From a virus: a stretch of DNA of 64,000 bases. A program made the translations under genes and the position numbers. The notes under the pieces were generated by a model that worked only from the letters and a program-made list of their open reading frames with translations, was not told the DNA's origin and ran no database searches. Below, in pieces: positions 58,465 through 64,000 of this stretch; within the stretch, counting starts at the first letter, position 1; every line of letters starts with the position of its first letter. The stretch lies in IMG/VR virus record IMGVR_UViG_3300033998_000198, positions 32,001-96,000 of that record. The stretch is one strand, 5' to 3'.

Positions 58465-60458
58465 GTATTAGTCAAAGACAAATCCAAACGGTAACCGATA
58501 AGGCGGTGGAAACTTTGCTAAAGGCCGGACAACTGCCTAATACTGCTGATATTAACAAGTATGTCGATACATTCTTTGCCGGTAAAACTCCCGGGCTGCC
58601 TTATTACAGACCAACAGAAGTTGCAGAAGGAGAAGTTTCAGATCCTGATAGCTACAACAGAATGTTTCAGGATCTCAAAACAGACCTTGATACAATTTTT
58701 TCTGAGAACATATACCAGAATAATAGAATTGTATCAATGTTTGATTACTATGCAACTGAGAAGGAACGCCTGGATGCAGCGGTTGAAAAACTGCAACTGA
58801 GAGTTGACGGTCTGCTCGATTCCCTAAAGTCCAGTAAAGCAACTGAAGGATTCATTGAATCATTTAATAATTTCTATGGAGTTGAGCTATACGGCGATAA
58901 GGCCCGAAATATTCCGAAGACTTCTGCTTTTGTCGACCTTGTGCAGAGAAAAGTATATAATGAGAAGCTGACACGACCGCAAGATAAGATTGATATTTCA
59001 TCAGCCTCAATAACTATAACTCCTGTAACAACCATTAACGGCTCAACTGTCCTTGGTGCTGCCGAGAATATATTAAAAGATTCAACCAATGAAACCTGTA
59101 CGTGGATATTCACCAAAAACGGAGACGGAGAATGTATTATAGAGCTGCTTGTAAAGATGAAAGATGCTGCAACGGCAAGTTCTGTTGTAATTAACACCAA
59201 GTCAACAAAGGCTGCCAATATTAGCCTTCAGATATCTGAAGATGATGTTAATTATAAAGACTTAATGGATATTGATACAGCTTCGTTTGCTGAATGGAAT
59301 TTTAACAGAACGCCTGTGAAATTTATGAAGTTCAGAATTAAGAAATATGAGCCTGATGGCGATACCGGTTCTTCAAGTGAATATTACTTTACAATCTGCA
59401 ATATATCGCTTGTAAACGACAATTTCATGAACAAGAATGTATTTGTCAGTAAACCGATAACCATAAACAAAATCCCCGACAAGGCTACATTGATAACGGA
59501 AGACGTAATCTATCCAAATACCGATATCAAATATTATCTTGGGATAGACAACGGGATCGACAAAGTTGACTGGAGATTAGTTCAAAGCGGAGTGCCATAT
59601 GACTTTGGCCTTCTTACTCCAAGACGTGAGATTGTTACCAACAATGTAAGTCCTTACAACTATGACGGCAAAGTGTCGAGGATATGCAAACTTCATGAGA
59701 ATACGGACAAAAATACAATTAACCTTATGCTTGGATACCAGATGTGGTTTCATGAAAGGTTCAGTTTGCCTGACTCTGTAGTAAATGAAACCGACGCTTC
59801 TGGGAGAAATATCTTCGAACCAGGAATTGGCCAAATGATTTACCCAAAGATCGGCAATTCATTCTATGATTGCGAGATATACGATCTCAATGTTAAGGCT
59901 GGAGAGCTGAACGTATATACACAGTATGTAATATGCGGTCAGGATGTTTCTATCAGTCATAGAAAAATCATTGGCAGCGTGAAGCATTCGATTTATGTCA
60001 ATAATATCGTAGTGCAGCCAATAGACGGGAAGTATACGATCAATCTGGTAAAGGGTATAAATAAAGTCCAAATGTGCATTTATTCATATTCAGACACAAC
60101 AGTGTCCCACAATATCAATATGAAGAACGCTTCATTTGATATTTATTGTAGGCTTGCACTCAGGCAGGTTACAGAACACAACCTTATATCCAACACTAAG
60201 GACGAGGATCTGAATTTCTTCGCTGTAGATTCAGAAGGGTATATTATTGTGAAGTACGACCCGAAAAAAGCCGGGTTGTGTTACAATATAAATAATGATG
60301 ATTTGATTCGTTATGTAGTTGAGTATAAATATATACCGAACGATGTATTAACTGCCTACCCGGATAATACTCTGAAGATCAGGGTAATGGCGACGCTGAC
60401 AAGTTCGTATGACGACATTTCGCCTCAAATCATGAACTACAGGATTATATCTGAATAG
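58461..60458 (+). CDS. Appendage-family paralog (665 aa)
   Basis: YNRMFQDLKTDL, ILKDSTNETCTW and IRVMATLTSS...SPQIMNY motifs. Confidence 0.6.
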   Translation: MSISQRQIQTVTDKAVETLLKAGQLPNTADINKYVDTFFAGKTPGLPYYRPTEVAEGEVSDPDSYNRMFQDLKTDLDTIFSENIYQNNRIVSMFDYYATEKERLDAAVEKLQLRVDGLLDSLKSSKATEGFIESFNNFYGVELYGDKARNIPKTSAFVDLVQRKVYNEKLTRPQDKIDISSASITITPVTTINGSTVLGAAENILKDSTNETCTWIFTKNGDGECIIELLVKMKDAATASSVVINTKSTKAANISLQISEDDVNYKDLMDIDTASFAEWNFNRTPVKFMKFRIKKYEPDGDTGSSSEYYFTICNISLVNDNFMNKNVFVSKPITINKIPDKATLITEDVIYPNTDIKYYLGIDNGIDKVDWRLVQSGVPYDFGLLTPRREIVTNNVSPYNYDGKVSRICKLHENTDKNTINLMLGYQMWFHERFSLPDSVVNETDASGRNIFEPGIGQMIYPKIGNSFYDCEIYDLNVKAGELNVYTQYVICGQDVSISHRKIIGSVKHSIYVNNIVVQPIDGKYTINLVKGINKVQMCIYSYSDTTVSHNINMKNASFDIYCRLALRQVTEHNLISNTKDEDLNFFAVDSEGYIIVKYDPKKAGLCYNINNDDLIRYVVEYKYIPNDVLTAYPDNTLKIRVMATLTSSYDDISPQIMNYRIISE

Positions 60459-60469
60459 GAGTGAGGTCA

Positions 60470-60721
60470 GTGATATATCCGATTGGGGTAAAAGAAAACA
60501 GTAGATACCGTGGTCCGATAGAAAGCATTAAAACACTTAGAACCAACGGTGATATTGAACAGAACATCAAACTGCTGTATAATAAATTTATGGAGCTTGA
60601 GGAATTAAATACCTATATTAAAACAGTCCTTGATGATAACAACATATACAAGTCTCACAGGGATATCAAGGTAATAGACGGCAATACGAGCTCATTTATA
60701 AAGGAGGCTGACAACAGTTAA
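60470..60721 (+). CDS. Small structural protein whose last codons are supplied by the inserted element (83 aa)
   Basis: GTG 60470 with GGAG RBS (alternative GTG 60461). Ends KEADNS* using element sequence; the reconstructed empty allele ends KEAMVNG*, overlapping the ATG of 62641. Confidence 0.55.
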   Translation: MIYPIGVKENSRYRGPIESIKTLRTNGDIEQNIKLLYNKFMELEELNTYIKTVLDDNNIYKSHRDIKVIDGNTSSFIKEADNS

Positions 60722-60775
60722 GAAAAATTTATAAAATTTTATAAAAATCTATACACAATTTATAAAAAATCCCAC

Positions 60776-60943
60776 CTATTTGGTAGGATTGGTATATTTG
60801 ATAATTAAATCTTGTAATGCTTCATCAAGCAATTTAGACTTAGGAATTTTAGTGTCTTTGCTTAACTTTTCAAATGCTTCATAGATTTTTATATCTACTG
60901 CGTTTGAGATGGGTTTTCTGTTTTTAAGACCTCGATTATTCAT
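60776..60943 (-). CDS. Ribbon-helix-helix DNA-binding protein (55 aa)
   Basis: ATG at 60943 preceded by AGGAGGTG (60949-60956, minus strand); MNNRGLKNRKPISNAVDIKIYEAFEKLSKDTKIPKSKLLDEALQDLIIKY is a typical clostridial RHH pattern. Confidence 0.8.
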   Translation of the reverse strand: MNNRGLKNRKPISNAVDIKIYEAFEKLSKDTKIPKSKLLDEALQDLIIKYTNPTK

Positions 60944-60969
60944 AAAATCACCTCCTAAAAAATATTGTA

Positions 60970-61015
60970 CAACTACTTTTAAATACTTGCAACTACTTGT
61001 AGTTTGTAGTAAAAT
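60970..61015 (+). promoter_or_regulatory. Sigma-A-like promoter for tnpB overlapped by AACTAC/GTAGTT operator-like repeats
   Basis: TTGCAA (60987-60992) - 17 bp - TAAAAT (61010-61015). CAACTACTT direct repeats at 60970 and 60990; inverted GTAGTT at 60999 and GTAGT at 61006. Confidence 0.6.
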
Positions 61016-61028
61016 AATAATTAGGAGG

Positions 61029-61258
61029 TTCACTATAGTTAATAAAAAGTTATAAAAAGTCATAAATTAATGAAATATGAAAAATCAGCATAATTCACTT
61101 AACGAATTATGTTGGTATGTACGGTGTCGTTACATCGGAATTTAAGCCTTTGGAGAGTCATACCAAACGCAAGTAGGATTCCGAAAGCGGACTCTATGAA
61201 TAAGGAAAAGAACATAAAAGTTATAATTTTATAACTTTTTATAAGTTTCTTATAACGG
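61029..61258 (+). mobile_element. Nested 230-bp MITE-like mini-element (left end + tnpB 3' remnant + omegaRNA/right end)
   Basis: GG at both junctions (TTAGGAGG|TTCACTATAGTTAATAAAAAG...TATAACGG|TGAAACGAATG). Left end aligns with the outer left end (GG + 10 nt + TTAA). Contains remnant KYEKSA* versus tnpB end NYGKSIA*. Removal restores AGGAGGTG-AAACGA-ATG. Confidence 0.8.
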
Positions 61259-61278
61259 TGAAACGAATGATTAGAACC
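61090..61278 (+). ncRNA. Second omegaRNA-like scaffold (inner element) with predicted guide TGAAACGAATGATTAGAACC
   Basis: Homologous to 62455-62631: identical GGAATTTAAGCCTTTGGAG (61137-61155 vs 62495-62513), shared CCGAAAG hairpin, covarying stems (CGGTGT-CGTT-ACATCG vs CCGATT-CGTT-AGTCGG). The 5' boundary is approximate. Confidence 0.7.
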
Positions 61279-62454
61279 TACAAAGTAATGCTTTTACCTA
61301 ATAACAAACAAAGAATAAAGCTGTTTGAATGTGCTGGAGTTGCAAGATGGGCATACAACTGGGCATTAGAACAGCAACAGATTAACTATAAAAATGGTGG
61401 TAAATTTTTAGATGATAAAACTTTAAGAAAAAGGCTAACAGAACTTAAACAGACAGAAGAATACAAGTGGCTTAATGACTATTCAAATAACATTACAAAA
61501 CAAGCAATAAAAGATGCCTGTATTTCTTATAAGAACTTCTTTGAAGGTAGAGCCAAATTACCAAAGTTTAAATCTAAGAAAAGAAGTAAACAAAGTTTTT
61601 ATCAAGATACTGATAAAATTGTTGTAACAGATACTCATGTTAAATTAGAGAAACTAACTACTTCTAAAAAGAAAAACAAACAAAAATTAAATTGGATTAA
61701 ATTATCTGAAATAGGCAGAATGCCGATAGGTGAAAACATAAAATACTCTAATCCACGCATAACATTTGATGGTCTAAATTGGTGGTTATCAATAGGAGTA
61801 GAAGAAGATATAAAGCAAGATAGTTCTAAGTATTCAGAAGGGATTGGTGTAGATTTAGGAGTAAAGGATTTAGCAGTAGTTAGCACAGGGCAAAAGTTTA
61901 AGAATATAAACAAGTCAAACAAAGTAAAGAAACTTGAAAAGATGCTTAGAAAACTACAAAGAAAACTATCTAAAAAATATGAGTTGAATAAAATTGAAAC
62001 AGAAGGAGGTGAATACCGTTACAGAAAGACTAAAAATATTAAAAAGTTAGAATTCCTTGTTCTAAAGGTGCGAAGAAGGCTTAAAAACATAAGGCACAAT
62101 TATATTCATCAGACAACTACATCTTTGGTGAGAAGCAAGCCTGAATATGTAGTAATGGAAAGTTTAAATACTTGCGGGATGTTGAAGAATAGAAAACTGT
62201 CAAAGGCAATACAAGAACAAGTTTTTCATGAGTTTAAAAGACAGATGGAATATAAGTGTGCATGGAATGGAATTAAGTTTATACTTGCAGATAGATTTTA
62301 TCCTTCAAGCAAAACTTGCAGTAGATGTGGCAATGTAAAGGATACCCTATCCTTATCAGAAAGAACCTTTATATGTGATAGATGTGGATATGAAATAGAT
62401 AGGGACTTAAATGCAAGTATAAATCTTAAAAACTATGGTAAATCAATAGCATAG
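61267..62454 (+). CDS. tnpB: RNA-guided endonuclease TnpB (IS607-associated; 395 aa)
   Basis: MIRTYKVMLLPNNKQ start (ATG 61267 preferred to GTG 61258). RuvC triad GVDLG, VVMESL and DRDLNAS(IN) intact; CSRCG/CDRCG zinc finger; FYPSSKTC motif. Confidence 0.95.
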   Translation: MIRTYKVMLLPNNKQRIKLFECAGVARWAYNWALEQQQINYKNGGKFLDDKTLRKRLTELKQTEEYKWLNDYSNNITKQAIKDACISYKNFFEGRAKLPKFKSKKRSKQSFYQDTDKIVVTDTHVKLEKLTTSKKKNKQKLNWIKLSEIGRMPIGENIKYSNPRITFDGLNWWLSIGVEEDIKQDSSKYSEGIGVDLGVKDLAVVSTGQKFKNINKSNKVKKLEKMLRKLQRKLSKKYELNKIETEGGEYRYRKTKNIKKLEFLVLKVRRRLKNIRHNYIHQTTTSLVRSKPEYVVMESLNTCGMLKNRKLSKAIQEQVFHEFKRQMEYKCAWNGIKFILADRFYPSSKTCSRCGNVKDTLSLSERTFICDRCGYEIDRDLNASINLKNYGKSIA

Positions 62455-62651
62455 CACCAGACGCAACTATTGATATGTACCGATTCGTTAGTCGGGAATT
62501 TAAGCCTTTGGAGTGTCAAGCAAACATGAGTAGGTTTATCCGAAAGAGGACATGATGAACAAGGAAGGAAACATAAACTTTTATAAGGTTTAAGGAAAAT
62601 CTTATAGAATTTTATAAGTTTTCTGTAACGGCAATGGTCAATGGATAACGT
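62455..62651 (+). ncRNA. Cognate omegaRNA of tnpB with predicted guide CAATGGTCAATGGATAACGT from the right flank
   Basis: Structured region between the tnpB stop and the right end (TAACGG at 62626-62631); hairpins covary with the inner copy. The guide position follows the established TnpB rule. Confidence 0.75.
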
Positions 62652-63873
62652 ACCATCCTTTAGAAAACAAGAAGTAAAGTTCAGATCAACTGCATCCAGC
62701 GAACAATACAATCAGATGCAGGACAGTGCACTTTATGATATCCTGAATCTTTTCAACAAAGCAAACAAGCTGGAAAGCGATCTTTTAGACACAAAAGACA
62801 TCGTCTTTACTGAGAATAAGTATATGCAGTTGAAGATCCAATCCCTTGAAGCAAAGTTGGCCACGATGGCACAGCTATATAAAGATCTGACTACTGCCGG
62901 GAATAAATTAATGACGCTCAACGTATATCCGAACCAGATGTATATAAACAGCTCATCCAGCGTTCCTGCATTTGTAGATACTGCCTGCATGGATGTAACG
63001 CTTCCGTTTGCCTCAAAAACAAGCAAGGTTCATGTATATGACGACGTATCCGACACTGTGTTTATTCCTGATTCATTGGTTGCTGAGAACAGTATAATAA
63101 CACCGACCAAAGGAATCATCGAAATTACAGAGAATGATATCATGAATGCGTTCAACGGAAACAACAGTTCTTACTGGAGAAAAAAAGTAATTACCGACAA
63201 TACTGTAAACGAAGTAAACATGCAGATTGTCATAGGGCTTCCTGAAGACATTATATCAAACAGGGAAATCAATGCAGTTATCTTCTCTCCATTCCCATAT
63301 GGCTCACTTGATCTGGTAAATATCGAATACAAATTGTTCGGCGACTGGACCCAGATTCCTTCATTTAGCGAGCACTCCGAAGGAACGCTCGAATCATATT
63401 CCGATGTTTTCGGTAATATAAGTTATAAACCGATTATTCCAGGAGTAGGTAACATTAAGTTCTGTTTCAATGACATCAGTGCATCTGAACTCAGAATCAC
63501 TGTAAGACAAAGAAACTACACACAGGAGAATGGTAACCGGGTATTTTATCTTGGTGCCCGTGAAATTGAAATAGTCAATTATAAGTACAATAAAGATGTA
63601 GCTACATTCTATACAAAAGTTATATTCCCAGGCAATCCTGTTAAGGTTGTGTGTGATATACAATCTATATTGAATAACCAGGGAGAAATCGGGAAGAATG
63701 TTGTACAGTATGAAATGTTCACACTGGACGACTATGATCGGCCATCAAAGATAACAAAGGGATTTCCCTTTGAAATATCTAACGGTAAAATGCTTGTCAA
63801 GTGTGACATTTACAAAAATAATACTTCGCCGGCATTAAATAAGATAAAAGTTATTTATAAAGAAAAAATATAG
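62641..63873 (+). CDS. Appendage-family paralog (410 aa), separated from its native RBS by the insertion
   Basis: YNQMQDSALYDI, AFNGNNSSYW and MLVKCDIYKN..SPALNKI motifs; only ACGG remains upstream as an SD. Confidence 0.65.
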   Translation: MDNVPSFRKQEVKFRSTASSEQYNQMQDSALYDILNLFNKANKLESDLLDTKDIVFTENKYMQLKIQSLEAKLATMAQLYKDLTTAGNKLMTLNVYPNQMYINSSSSVPAFVDTACMDVTLPFASKTSKVHVYDDVSDTVFIPDSLVAENSIITPTKGIIEITENDIMNAFNGNNSSYWRKKVITDNTVNEVNMQIVIGLPEDIISNREINAVIFSPFPYGSLDLVNIEYKLFGDWTQIPSFSEHSEGTLESYSDVFGNISYKPIIPGVGNIKFCFNDISASELRITVRQRNYTQENGNRVFYLGAREIEIVNYKYNKDVATFYTKVIFPGNPVKVVCDIQSILNNQGEIGKNVVQYEMFTLDDYDRPSKITKGFPFEISNGKMLVKCDIYKNNTSPALNKIKVIYKEKI

Positions 63874-63884
63874 GAGGTGCTCTT

Positions 63885-64000
63885 ATGAAAAAGACGCTAT
63901 GTTTGCTGCTTGTTCTTGTTATTGCTTTTGTTTCAATACCTGTTTTTGCTGTGTATGACAATTCTAAAGTTTACACTGTGATTGGCAATGACAAGTATTA
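63885..64000 (+). CDS. 3'-truncated protein with Sec signal peptide
   Basis: TAGGAGGTG RBS; MKKTLCLLLVLVIAFVSIPVFA|VYDNSK (basic N-region, hydrophobic core, V-F-A cleavage site). Confidence 0.7.
   Translation, partial: MKKTLCLLLVLVIAFVSIPVFAVYDNSKVYTVIGNDKY

Larger units (their letters stand above)
60708..62631 (+). mobile_element. IS607-type non-autonomous tnpB element (RHH gene + tnpB + omegaRNA, no tnpA)
   Basis: Abrupt AT-rich block. GG at both junctions (AAGGAGG|CTGACAACAGTTAAG...TAACGG|CAATGGTCAATG). TTATAAAA-type repeats at the left end and TTTTATAAG at the right end. Removal restores AAGGAGG-9 nt-ATG and an 8-nt gene overlap. Confidence 0.85.

Noticed and set aside
36019-60458. Diversity-generating retroelement target or intein/intron in the giant genes
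   Set aside because: No reverse transcriptase, no near-identical template/variable repeat pair and no intein splice motifs were noticed by eye; a self-dot-plot would be needed to exclude this fully.
60708-61028. IStron (group I intron-containing IS607 element) that would splice out and restore the RBS
   Set aside because: The left region is short, AT-rich and occupied by an RHH gene and promoter; no group I intron core was recognisable.
1787-61266. Longest-ORF starts at 1787, 31447, 61063 (minus) and 61258
   Set aside because: Downstream ATGs (1841, 31588, 60943, 61267) have proper Shine-Dalgarno spacing and avoid long overlaps or element-end sequence.
60714-62641. Alternative element boundaries with a CAA target duplication (GACAA|CAGTT...GGTCAA|TGGATAA)
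   Set aside because: The GG-bounded model aligns both left ends (GG + 10 nt + TTAA) and both right ends (TAACGG), fits IS607 GG chemistry, and restores a well-spaced SD.
336-63663. The many short minus-strand and nested plus-strand ORFs in the supplied track
   Set aside because: They lie antisense to or inside long, motif-bearing, RBS-equipped genes and show no recognisable motifs; only the RHH gene (60776-60943) is supported.
7797-63873. Genome-wide TAG recoding (alternative genetic code), suggested by frequent TAG stops and in-frame downstream genes
   Set aside because: Of 11 TAG-terminated phage genes checked, 4 (ending 8603, 33749, 48351, 53002) are in frame with the next gene, about the one-third expected by chance. 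Very long ORFs are intact in code 11, and TAG is explained by TAG-GAGG stop/RBS coupling.

Overview
The window is a continuous, almost entirely plus-strand tail/baseplate morphogenesis region of a very large myovirus-type phage or prophage. A Firmicutes (probably Clostridia) host is inferred from AGGAGG ribosome-binding sites, LysM/SH3/PG-binding/copper-amine-oxidase-N-like modules and a clostridial-type tnpB element. Gene order: partial neck-like gene, two tail-sheath paralogs, tail tube plus tube-fold paralogs, two chaperone-like paralogs, then two giant genes at the tape-measure position. The first (1863 aa) carries a PD-(D/E)XK nuclease and a degenerate thermonuclease fold. The second (2964 aa) fuses a DEDDh 3'-5' exonuclease to a single-chain two-barrel RNA polymerase (K-x7-K, R-x-P and NADIDAD motifs). 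These are followed by a hub/tail lysin (NlpC/P60 + SLT), split spike, PAAR-like tip, gp25- and J-like wedge proteins, a 4110-aa baseplate/adhesin-like protein and a family of five paralogous appendage proteins. Near the right end, an IS607-type tnpA-less tnpB element (60708-62631) sits at the GG of a Shine-Dalgarno sequence. A 230-bp omegaRNA-only mini-element (61029-61258) is nested at the GG of tnpB's own Shine-Dalgarno, so its predicted guide matches the uninterrupted tnpB start. All domain calls come from motif recognition by eye; no database searches were run.
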